Part shown: positions 10,854 to 19,045 of the stretch, one piece after another
How the letters are laid out: each line of letters opens with the position of its first letter
Position numbering within the stretch: position 1 is the stretch's first letter
NCBI GenBank assembly: GCA_963668025.2
Contig: CAXXTH010000023.1
Location: forward strand, 386,225 to 450,224
Direction: 5' to 3'
Source of the DNA: Candidatus Hydrogenedentota bacterium
GTDB taxonomy: Bacteria > Hydrogenedentota > Hydrogenedentia > Hydrogenedentales > SLHB01
Length of the DNA stretch: 64,000 nucleotides
Notes under the pieces: model-generated
Seen by the model: the letters and a program-made list of their open reading frames with translations, nothing else
Database searches by the model: none
What the model was told of the DNA's origin: nothing
Position numbers and translations under genes: made by a program

Positions 10854-11855
10854 TCAACTATCGGTCCGGCCAAACACGGCGAATTGCATGGCCAAATAGC
10901 CGATGTAGATGGCTAATAACACAGCACCTTCCCGGCGCGCAAGGCGTTTCCCGCTGATGCCGAATATTAACAGGAGCGCCGAAAGCGCCAAAGTTACGGG
11001 AATATCGAAGAAACGGGTTTGGTTCGTGAGCGGAAGCGGTGTGACGAGGGAGCAAGCGCCAATCACCCAGGCAAGATTAAGAATATTCGCGCCGATGATG
11101 TTGCCCATGGAAAGGCCCCGTTGCTTTTTGACGATCGCGGCAAGGCTTACAACCAATTCCGGCATGGAAGTGCCCAAGGCCACCAGCGTTAATGCAATAA
11201 TGAGCTCCGGCACTCCCATCAGCCGCGCCAGTTTTTCCGCGAAAACAACCACAAGCTGGCTTCCCGCGATGACTCCTATGGCCCCTGCCGCGAAAAGCAG
11301 CGCTAATTTGAGTGGGGCCGTGCCTTTCGGGGCAAGCATTTTTTCGAGAGGGACAGCATTCAAGGCATGGTGGATCGCGCTTGTGAAGTAAGCGAACAAG
11401 CCGGTGAGCATCACTACACCGACCCAGAGGCTTCCGTGGGGGAACAGAATGCTCATTGCGCCGAATACAAGGGCAATCACCAGCAAGGAACCGCCATTGC
11501 GGCGGAAACTGCGCTGCTCGACCACCATGGGGGAGAGCAGTGCGCATAAACCCAGAATAAGGCCAACATTACAAATGGTTGAACCGACGGCGTTCCCCAC
11601 CGCCATGCCCACCCGGCCAAGCCATGCGGCTTCGTCACCGGAAAGGAGCGCCGCTTTGCCCTTGACTGCCGCCGTGAATGATACCGCGAATTCAGGAAGC
11701 GTGGTGGCAAGGCTGACAAGTGTAGCGCCCACGACAATCTCGGGGATGCGAAAGGTTCGGGCAACCTCCACTGCCGCGTCGGTGAACAAATCAGACGCTT
11801 TAACCAAAATGGCTACGCCCAAGGCCATGAATAGGAGATACAACAATGCGCTCAT
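10854..11855 (-). CDS. Calcium/sodium antiporter (YrbG family)
   Basis: Two alpha repeats: ATTLPE..GNAVGS and GTSMPE..GNIIGAN. Confidence 0.9.
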   Translation of the reverse strand: MSALLYLLFMALGVAILVKASDLFTDAAVEVARTFRIPEIVVGATLVSLATTLPEFAVSFTAAVKGKAALLSGDEAAWLGRVGMAVGNAVGSTICNVGLILGLCALLSPMVVEQRSFRRNGGSLLVIALVFGAMSILFPHGSLWVGVVMLTGLFAYFTSAIHHALNAVPLEKMLAPKGTAPLKLALLFAAGAIGVIAGSQLVVVFAEKLARLMGVPELIIALTLVALGTSMPELVVSLAAIVKKQRGLSMGNIIGANILNLAWVIGACSLVTPLPLTNQTRFFDIPVTLALSALLLIFGISGKRLARREGAVLLAIYIGYLAMQFAVFGRTDS

Positions 11856-12120
11856 GGATGCGAAGTATAGCAGGTTTTCGATGGCGCTCAAAGGCGCTAA
11901 ACCGCCGCATACATGCCGAACGCCCCCAATGCTACATTGCTTTACACGAATCAATACCAATGCCTTAGCGCAGCGGGGCCGCCACATACAAAATTTTCGA
12001 GGTCTCCGTACTACCATCTGGCAAAACGTTGTTTTCTTGCGAGGATTTTCTGTGTAAACCAATGTATTTTAACTGGTTATGACCTATGATTTTTGCATGA
12101 TATTTTGGTCGATGAATCCT

Positions 12121-12148
12121 TTGAACGGTGGGGCAAGCCCCACCCTAC
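12121..12148. repeat. REP-like palindrome, family B (GTAG-type)
   Basis: TTGAACGGTGGGGCAAGCCCCACCCTAC; identical 28 bp at 42353-42380. Confidence 0.85.
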
Positions 12149-12317
12149 CCATTTGAATTTTAGTGCGACCTAGAAACCCACGTCCTTTGGACGTGGTCAC
12201 TGGAGTTTCTACCTTTTTTGGGCGAGGTGGACACGCTTTTTCTCTTGCCATCGCACAGCTTATCGTCTTTGTCGTAGCTTCCCTTTCGCCGAATAGGCCG
12301 GTCATTGAAAAGATATA

Positions 12318-12346
12318 TTGACATACCGACTCGTTTGTGCTACAAT
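12318..12346 (+). promoter_or_regulatory. Sigma70 promoter inside the IS
   Basis: TTGACA-17 bp-TACAAT with TG extension, followed by an AGGAGG RBS. Confidence 0.75.
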
Positions 12347-12374
12347 CTTGTTGGCTAGGCAGGAGGGCGGCGCC

Positions 12375-12710
12375 ATGAATGACGAATTGCGTGACACGAT
12401 CCTAGAGGCTATGGAAAAAGGGCTTGAGGCGCAGCTTCGGGCGGTGCGCCGTCTGCGTAGGGGGGAAGAATCCAGGGAGGAGCCACGACCCAGAACAAGT
12501 ATGTCGCAAGTAGATATGGCATATGACATACTCTTGAGGGCCGCTCATCCCCTTCATGTCAATGAGATCCTGAGTCGCATTCATGCGGTCTTCGGCATTA
12601 CGGTGGACCGGGAAAGCCTGGTGTCTTCCCTCACCAAAAAGGTGGCTCGGGAAGACCGCTTTGTCCGCGCGGACAAGAACACCTTCGGACTCAAAGGAGG
12701 CAAGCGATGA
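12375..12710 (+). CDS. Winged-HTH protein (HARE-HTH-like), IS accessory ORF
   Basis: 'AYDIL..AAHPLHVNEIL..I...FG....RESLVSSL.....RFVRADKNTFGL'; ATGA overlap with the transposase. Confidence 0.75.
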   Translation: MNDELRDTILEAMEKGLEAQLRAVRRLRRGEESREEPRPRTSMSQVDMAYDILLRAAHPLHVNEILSRIHAVFGITVDRESLVSSLTKKVAREDRFVRADKNTFGLKGGKR

Positions 12711-14086
12711 GTCTTTTACACGAATGGCTCAACGTTACCGAGCGCTGGCGCGATGCTTTTGCCCAAGAGCGCACCACCGTGCGTGCGGTGCGGCAGGGAC
12801 TTGGGTCACTGGTCTGTTTGGGGCGGCGCACAATCACGCGGACCCTTTGGGCCTGTGGTCGCGAGAATCTGCCGTGGCAGGCTGAATACCACATGTACGG
12901 CCGCGCCAAGTGGGACCCCCAGCAGCTCTTCGACCCTATTTGGGAAGGAGCCCTGCCCCAGTGTGAAGACCCGCTTGTAGGCGTCGCCGTCGATGATACC
13001 AAGCTGCACAAGACCGGCCGGTGCATTGTCCAGGCTTTTCATCAGCGCGACCCCCTGTCCCCGCCGTTCCACACCAATCTCATTCTGGGCCTGCGTTTCC
13101 TGCAGGCCTCCCTTCTCGTACCGCTTCACCAAGGCGGCGCCTTTAGTTGCCGCGCCTTGCCCGTGCGTTTCGAGGAGTCTTCCCCCGCCAAGAAGCCTGG
13201 CAAGCGCGCAAGCGAGGAGGAGTGGATGGCGTACAAGCAGCGCCGTAAAGAGAAGAACCTTTCAACCCATTGCGTGGCGATGATGGACTCCTTGCGCGCA
13301 TCCCTCGACGCCGTCGGCGCCAGGGAGAAAACCTTGGTCATGGCCCTCGACGGCAGCTTTTGCAACCAGACCGTCTTCGGCGCTGAACGCGACCGCACCC
13401 ACCTCATCGCCCGTGCCCGCAAGGACGCAGTCCTATGCTTTGGCGCTCCAGAGGGTTCGCGGCGTTTCTATGCCCAAGAAAAATTCACCCCCGAGCAAGT
13501 ACGCCAGGACGATAGCATCCCCTGGAAGACTACGAAGCTATTCTACGGCGGCAAACGCCGCAAGGTCCGCTACAAGGAAATCAAGACCCTCTACTGGCAA
13601 GGCGGCGCGCGCCGTCTTCCCCTCCGCCTTTTCGCTATCGCTCCCACCCCCTACCGCAAGCGGAAAAGCAGTAAGCTTTATTACCGGCAACCAGCCTACC
13701 TTCTTTGTACCGACAGGGTTCACGCCGCACAGAGGCTGCTCCAGATCTACTTCGACCGCTGGCAGATTGAAGTCAACCATCGCGAGGAAAAGGACACCTT
13801 GGGCGTCGGACAAGCTCAGCTCTGGAACCCCAATGCCGTACCCAAGCAGCCCCCGCTTGCCATCGCCGCCTACAGCGCATTGCTACTGGCCGCCATAAAA
13901 ACCTTTGGCCCCGAACGAAATAGTGCATACGCCCCGCTGCCACGGTGGCGAAAACACGCCACACGCCCATCGTGCCTCGCTCTCATCACTCTATTGAGAA
14001 AAGAGATGGACGAACAGCCCCATTTGCTCCGTCCACTCGGCATAGAAACCTCCAGAGCAACAATGGCAAGCGCCGCGGCTGCTTGA
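12707..14086 (+). CDS. DDE transposase (IS701/IS4-like superfamily)
   Basis: VAVDDT, ALDGSF and YFDRWQIEVNHREEK (YREK) motifs. Confidence 0.9.
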   Translation: MSLLHEWLNVTERWRDAFAQERTTVRAVRQGLGSLVCLGRRTITRTLWACGRENLPWQAEYHMYGRAKWDPQQLFDPIWEGALPQCEDPLVGVAVDDTKLHKTGRCIVQAFHQRDPLSPPFHTNLILGLRFLQASLLVPLHQGGAFSCRALPVRFEESSPAKKPGKRASEEEWMAYKQRRKEKNLSTHCVAMMDSLRASLDAVGAREKTLVMALDGSFCNQTVFGAERDRTHLIARARKDAVLCFGAPEGSRRFYAQEKFTPEQVRQDDSIPWKTTKLFYGGKRRKVRYKEIKTLYWQGGARRLPLRLFAIAPTPYRKRKSSKLYYRQPAYLLCTDRVHAAQRLLQIYFDRWQIEVNHREEKDTLGVGQAQLWNPNAVPKQPPLAIAAYSALLLAAIKTFGPERNSAYAPLPRWRKHATRPSCLALITLLRKEMDEQPHLLRPLGIETSRATMASAAAA

Positions 14087-14104
14087 TAATGGAGAAACTC
14101 CAGC

Positions 14105-14128
14105 GCATGGCCGGGACGGCCATGCCAC
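14105..14128. repeat. REP-like palindrome, family A
   Basis: GCATGGCCGGGACGGCCATGCCAC abutting the IS right end; near-identical to 33082-33105. Confidence 0.75.
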
Positions 14129-14254
14129 GGGAAGCTCGGATTTCGCTGGAATGATATTTCTTAGCTCCACGTCGGCATAAAAACTTTTTTTTGGAAGGCC
14201 CTATTCGCTAGAGTGTTGGGACGATTTCATCCATTAACCAGAAAGGGTATATAC

Positions 14255-15268
14255 GTGGACAGCCGTGAACGAATCAAGACGATTATTGCCGGACAAGCCG
14301 CGGACCGATGCGGCTTTTGGATGGGCAATCCGCACCATGAAACATGGCCTATTTATATGAACCATTTCGCTGCGGCAAATGAAGAAGCGCTACGAAAAGG
14401 ATTACGCGATGATTTTCGCTGGATTACCCCGAGCTTATTCCCTTCCTACAAGCATCCCGAAGGCAGGCCCCTATTCTCGTTGAAGTGGGAAAACTTCAAA
14501 TCCCATGGCCAGGCGGGTCCTTTCGCGGATTGCGAGGATGTGAACCAAGTGCATGAGGCCGAATGGCCGAATCCGGATTACCTGGATTTCACGGAGTGTC
14601 TCGATGCGCTCAAGGCGGCCGGACCCCATTACCGCGCAAGCGGCATGTGGACGTGCTTCTATCACGATGTCATGGACTTGTTTGGCATGGAATATTACAT
14701 GACGAAAATGTGCATGAATCCGGAGGTGGTCCATGCCGTGACGGACCACGTATGCGGTTTTTATTACGAAGCCAATGAACGGTTTTTCGCCCAAGCGGGT
14801 GATTTAGTGGACGCCTTCTTCTTTGGCAATGATTTTGGCACGCAGATGGACTTGATTTGCAGCGTTGATCAATTCGATACATACATTCTGCCATGGTTCC
14901 GTAAATTCACCGAACAGGGACATCGGTTCGGCCATCAAGTCATCCTGCATTCGTGCGGGGCGATCCACCGGGTCATTGATCGCTTGATCGACGCGGGTGT
15001 GAACTGCCTGCATCCGTTGCAAGCCAAGGCGGCGAATATGGACGCGGAGACGCTCGCCCGGGATTTCAAAGGCCGTATCACGTTCATGGGCGGAGTGGAC
15101 ACCCAGCAATTGCTGGTCGAGGCGAGCCCCGGGGAAGTCAAAGCGGAAGTGCGCCGTCTCAAGGCGCTGCTTGGGCCATGCTTCATAGTAAGCCCCAGCC
15201 ATGAAGCTTTGCTGTCCAATGTGCCGCCGGAGAATGTGAAGGCCATGGCGGAGGCCGCCACGGAATAA
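14255..15268 (+). CDS. Uroporphyrinogen decarboxylase-family (URO-D/MtaA-like) protein
   Basis: GNDFGTQ, LHSCG, LHPLQ, GGVDTQ and SPSH..NVPPEN. Confidence 0.85.
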   Translation: MDSRERIKTIIAGQAADRCGFWMGNPHHETWPIYMNHFAAANEEALRKGLRDDFRWITPSLFPSYKHPEGRPLFSLKWENFKSHGQAGPFADCEDVNQVHEAEWPNPDYLDFTECLDALKAAGPHYRASGMWTCFYHDVMDLFGMEYYMTKMCMNPEVVHAVTDHVCGFYYEANERFFAQAGDLVDAFFFGNDFGTQMDLICSVDQFDTYILPWFRKFTEQGHRFGHQVILHSCGAIHRVIDRLIDAGVNCLHPLQAKAANMDAETLARDFKGRITFMGGVDTQQLLVEASPGEVKAEVRRLKALLGPCFIVSPSHEALLSNVPPENVKAMAEAATE

Positions 15269-15301
15269 TCCAACGCTTCAACAGCTATTAGGGGAAGTGC
15301 C

Positions 15302-16498
15302 ATGACAGCGATCATCGGGATTGTTACGCTGCTGCTCACGGTTACGCTGGGCCTGCTGGTCACCCGAATCGCCACGGTCGCACTGATCTTCACGGGATTG
15401 TCAAAAGACTTGGCGCGGTTCCAGGCGCGGTCGGCTTTCACCTGTTGCGGATTCACGACCACCGAATCCGAGCGCCTGGTGGAACACCCTGTGCGGCGGC
15501 GCGTCATCATGATGCTGATGTTGCTTGGCAACGGCGTCATTGTCATGGCGGTGTCGTCGATCATTCCTGTCGTGCTCCAAGCAGGCGCGGAAACGGCGAC
15601 ATTCGCGGGAACGTTGGTCCAGGTTGTTGGGCTTGCATCTGGGCTGGCATTGCTTTGGATGCTCGCCGTGAGCAAATGGGTGGACCACCATTTATCGCGG
15701 CTTATCGGCTGGGCGCTGACGCATTTCACCCATATCGAGCTTCAAGATTTTCATTCCCTGCTCCACCTCTCCGAGGGGTATTCGGTAACGGAGCTGCAAG
15801 TGTTCGCGGACGACTGGGTGGCGGGTAAAAGTCTGATGGAACTGCGCCTCACCGCCGAAGGCATCCAAGTATTGGGCATCCACCGCCAGGATGGCGAATT
15901 CCTTGGCACGCCTACGGGGACGACGATTATTCATCCGGGCGATACGCTGCTGGTGTATGGACAAGGGCAGGATGCGGAAGAACTCAAGTCGCGTCCGGCT
16001 GGTCAGGAAGGCGATGAAGCCCATCGCAGGCGCGCCAAAGAACAACAGCACGCCATCGCGGAACAAGAACGCCAGGACCTAATGGAGGTAAGCAGAAAAG
16101 GCGCTCAATTGCCCGATTATCATTCCCTGCTCCGCTTGGTTTCGGGATATAACGTGACGGAGATGAGAGTTGGAGAAGGGCATTGGATGGCTGGCAAACG
16201 CCTCATCGATTTACGCCTGGGCGATGAAGGCATTCAAATCCTCGGCGTCCGGCGCGTGTCCGGTGATTTCATCGCCACGCCCGCGGGCGGCATATGCGTG
16301 TTGCAGGACGATACACTCATTGCATATGGCCAAATGGAAAACATCGCCGAGCTTCAAGGAAGGCCAGCAGGGCCGGATGGAGACGCCGCCCACGAAAAAC
16401 AAGTCCGCGAACAACGCTTGAGCGCGGAAGAACAGGAGCGTCGGGAACAGCGACTGGCAAAAACGGATGAGAACGGTACAGATGCGACCGGTCACTGA
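15302..16498 (+). CDS. Membrane protein with tandem TrkA-C (RCK-C) domains
   Basis: ARFQARSAFT..GFTTTESE pore-like region plus two similar RCK-C units. Confidence 0.8.
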   Translation: MTAIIGIVTLLLTVTLGLLVTRIATVALIFTGLSKDLARFQARSAFTCCGFTTTESERLVEHPVRRRVIMMLMLLGNGVIVMAVSSIIPVVLQAGAETATFAGTLVQVVGLASGLALLWMLAVSKWVDHHLSRLIGWALTHFTHIELQDFHSLLHLSEGYSVTELQVFADDWVAGKSLMELRLTAEGIQVLGIHRQDGEFLGTPTGTTIIHPGDTLLVYGQGQDAEELKSRPAGQEGDEAHRRRAKEQQHAIAEQERQDLMEVSRKGAQLPDYHSLLRLVSGYNVTEMRVGEGHWMAGKRLIDLRLGDEGIQILGVRRVSGDFIATPAGGICVLQDDTLIAYGQMENIAELQGRPAGPDGDAAHEKQVREQRLSAEEQERREQRLAKTDENGTDATGH

Positions 16499-16762
16499 TT
16501 AGGAGAAGGACACCATTTGGATGGAAATGGCGCGCATCCAGCAATTCTATTCTGCGCCATGTGGTGGGAGAGCTTTCACGGCCGATCTTCGCAAGAAAAA
16601 CCGGTTCAACCAAACAGTAATACTCAAGTTACAGCAAAACGTGTCCGCAGACTCGAACTAAAAATACTCCAGAAGAAATAGGGAAATAGTACCGTCGTTA
16701 TGTCCAGAGCAGCAACTAGCAAAAGGAATAGTGACGTGCCCTGGATGCCTCCTTTCTGCACG

Positions 16763-16822
16763 ATGCAACGCTCAAGCTGAAGTGCGCGGCGTAGCCGCAT
16801 TACCTCCAGCGCATTGTTCGGA
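16763..16822 (-). mobile_element. attC-like integron recombination site
   Basis: Minus strand TCCGAAC-AATGC-GCTGGAG...CTTCAGC-TTGAGC-GTTGCAT; 60 bp with R''/L''/L'/R' spacing. Confidence 0.65.
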
Positions 16823-17362
16823 CCTTTTGAGCTTCTGGATGTAAACAATGGCGGCGATCAGACCAATCAGTCCACCCAGATAGCTACCGTTGTGGATGTA
16901 AGCCACCCGCACAAAATTGCGCATCTCTGAAATGCTAAGCCTTGATGCGAGTGGCCGCCACGCCGAATAATCGGGGCCGTGTCGCATTCCGAAAATGTAG
17001 GCCGCTACGGACGCCATTAGTGCAATGACAAACATAATAACGAATCCACGGAGGGTGTAACGAAATGCCACCGCGGGTGGAAAGGACGGAACAGTCAGCC
17101 GCGCGATGAACCAAGCCCCGATAAAGCCAACCCACCAAGTCGCTAAAAAACCGATTTCCGCTACGAAGACTCGCGGAGGCCACCCGAAGTCCGCATAGTG
17201 GAACTGTGCAAATTTGAACTGCGTGAAATAGTCATGCGATATCGAATAGGTGATTTGGTCATGGATAACGCCATACACACCTGCCAGCAGTCCGCCAAGC
17301 ACTGCATAGCCGAGCATCTTTGGCAGAAGAGCGAGGCGGATTTTTGGGTATAGAATATTCAT
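16772..17362 (-). CDS. Four-TM hypothetical membrane protein, gene-cassette-like
   Basis: 'GVIHDQITYSISHDYFTQFKF' and 'YIHNGSYLGG'; begins just after GTTCGAT and stops inside the attC. Confidence 0.7.
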   Translation of the reverse strand: MNILYPKIRLALLPKMLGYAVLGGLLAGVYGVIHDQITYSISHDYFTQFKFAQFHYADFGWPPRVFVAEIGFLATWWVGFIGAWFIARLTVPSFPPAVAFRYTLRGFVIMFVIALMASVAAYIFGMRHGPDYSAWRPLASRLSISEMRNFVRVAYIHNGSYLGGLIGLIAAIVYIQKLKRSEQCAGGNAATPRTSA

Positions 17363-17651
17363 AATATCGAACAACGGTTATACGGTTTTTTCATAACACC
17401 TTTGGGCCGCGCGATTGCGGCATAAGACCCCTCCGGCAACGCTGGCTAAAGCCTGTATTTGCAGAGCATTAAATCCTGCTCTGCAATGGACGCAGGGGAA
17501 TATATGGCTTCTGTATAACACCCCCTTCGTTCTCCTCTCTACAATCTGAATGGGCAGATCCATACCAAAATCCTTTCCCATAATTGCTCCTAATATACCA
17601 GACCAAAAAGCAGTGTTCAATTCTTCGGCAGGGCAACTGGTTAAAAAAGTG

Positions 17652-17680
17652 TTGACAAGGAGAAAAGGAAATGATATAGT
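17652..17680 (+). promoter_or_regulatory. Near-consensus sigma70 promoter
   Basis: TTGACA-17 bp-TATAGT with TG extension and an A-rich UP element. Confidence 0.8.
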
Positions 17681-17800
17681 CCATCCAGTGAGTGAGGAAG
17701 AGGTCTTGAGACCTCAAAGCACAGGAAGGAAACTTTTTGTGTATCTTCATTCTTCAAGCTGCTACACGCAGCTAGTTCGAACGGGAGGGAGGTGAAAGAA

Positions 17801-18262
17801 ATGAAAAAGTTCACAGTGATTGCCATCATGACGTTGTCGGTGGTAGCGATGGCTGGTACCCTTGCGGTGCCGTTCTTCGCAGACCAAGGCAGTGAGGATC
17901 CTGCGACGCTTCGTCCGGCGAGCTCAAACGCATTCCGTTCGTATATCGGTATCAAGAATACGACAGCGGAAGTGTTGACGGTCTCGATTCAATACTGGAC
18001 AGCAGCGGGTGTGGATACGACCCCGGATGTAAACACCTTCACTTTGGGTGCTCAGCAGGGTATCGGTTTCCGTCCAGCAGCGCAGGTAGCGGCCTTCGAA
18101 GATACGCGCGTTCCCGCGTGTGACAGCTCGGTGGAAGGTTACAAAGTAGGTTCTGCTTTGATGACGTTCGTCGGCAGCCGTGGCGACCTTATCGGCCGCG
18201 TGTTAACGCTGGACGCAGTCGGTCAGTCGGCTTACTTGCTTCCTAGCGGTCCTGAGGCATAA
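17801..18262 (+). CDS. Small secreted beta-rich protein, probably highly expressed
   Basis: GGAGG RBS, Sec signal peptide, GGT/CGT/TTC codon preference, own promoter and terminator. Confidence 0.8.
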   Translation: MKKFTVIAIMTLSVVAMAGTLAVPFFADQGSEDPATLRPASSNAFRSYIGIKNTTAEVLTVSIQYWTAAGVDTTPDVNTFTLGAQQGIGFRPAAQVAAFEDTRVPACDSSVEGYKVGSALMTFVGSRGDLIGRVLTLDAVGQSAYLLPSGPEA

Positions 18263-18305
18263 GACTAAGATTGGGCTGGTTTTGCCAGCATGATCTAGAT
18301 AGACA

Positions 18306-18350
18306 GAAAGGCGAGAATGTCGGATGACATGCTCGCCTTTTTCTTGTTTT
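18306..18350 (+). terminator. Rho-independent terminator
   Basis: AAAGGCGAG..ATGTC/GACAT..CTCGCCTTT stem followed by a T-rich tail. Confidence 0.8.
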
Positions 18351-18411
18351 TCCCTTCATCACGTTCTTCTTCTTTTGTATGATTATTTGGCGCCGCATTC
18401 TCTTGAGAGGT

Positions 18412-18438
18412 TAAGTTCCGGAGGCAAACTGCCGATAT
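18412..18438 (+). promoter_or_regulatory. Sigma28 (FliA) promoter of flgM
   Basis: TAAG-N15-GCCGATAT. Confidence 0.8.
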
Positions 18439-18494
18439 ATTAATTGGCAAGGACGCCAGGAACAGAAAAACGGAAACGCTAAGGAGAGCATAAA

Positions 18495-18797
18495 ATGGTT
18501 GGCATTGAAGGTATGGGAATTACGCCTGTACGTGCCAACAACACGGAACAGGCAAGCAGCCGCACACAAAAGGCTGCAAGCACTACATTGAGCAGTACCG
18601 ATGGCGTGTTGTTCAGCACGGAGGCCGAGAAGGCTGCTGAGGTTGTTCGCTTCACCGATATGGCGAGTGAACAGCAACAGGAACTCCGCCAAGAACGGAT
18701 TGAAGAAGCACAGCGTAAAATCGAGGAAAGCACCTATAAAGTGCAATCCGTCATCCAATTCGTAGCTGCCCGGCTGACAAAATACGTGGCGGAATAA
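18495..18797 (+). CDS. flgM: Anti-sigma28 factor FlgM
   Basis: 'DGVLFS' and 'RQERIEEAQRKIEESTYKV....VAARL' fit the FlgM C-terminus; sigma28 promoter upstream. Confidence 0.75.
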   Translation: MVGIEGMGITPVRANNTEQASSRTQKAASTTLSSTDGVLFSTEAEKAAEVVRFTDMASEQQQELRQERIEEAQRKIEESTYKVQSVIQFVAARLTKYVAE

Positions 18798-19045
18798 TCC
18801 GCTTACGCTTTATCGGGCGCTCGAACTGAAAAAGCTTGCCTTTTCGGCGAAATCGAGCTGGAAAAGATGCCTAGTAGCGCAAGCCGATAATCTCTTTTCA
18901 TCTTCTGCCTCCATGCGAAAGCGATGGCGGCTGTTTTTTTGTTTCAACGGCGTTTTCTTCATCAAACAAGCAATCCCCCCCAAACTCGATATTGGCATGC
19001 TATTCTCTCAAGACGTACAATAGCGCCGTATACAACGGGATTTGG

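Larger units (their letters stand above)
12200..14103 (+). mobile_element. Insertion sequence (~1.9 kb) carrying an HTH ORF and a DDE transposase
   Basis: Terminal inverted repeats CTGGAGTTTCT (12200-12210) and AGAAACTCCAG (14093-14103) bracket both ORFs; no TSD seen. Confidence 0.8.

Noticed and set aside
14213-15268. Calling the URO-D family genes hemE
   Set aside because: They lack the HemE N-terminal RQAGR motif and heme-pathway context
17378-17750. Short minus-strand ORFs or a second attC upstream of the cassette gene
   Set aside because: They overlap a strong promoter, and no RYYYAAC...GTT palindrome could be built
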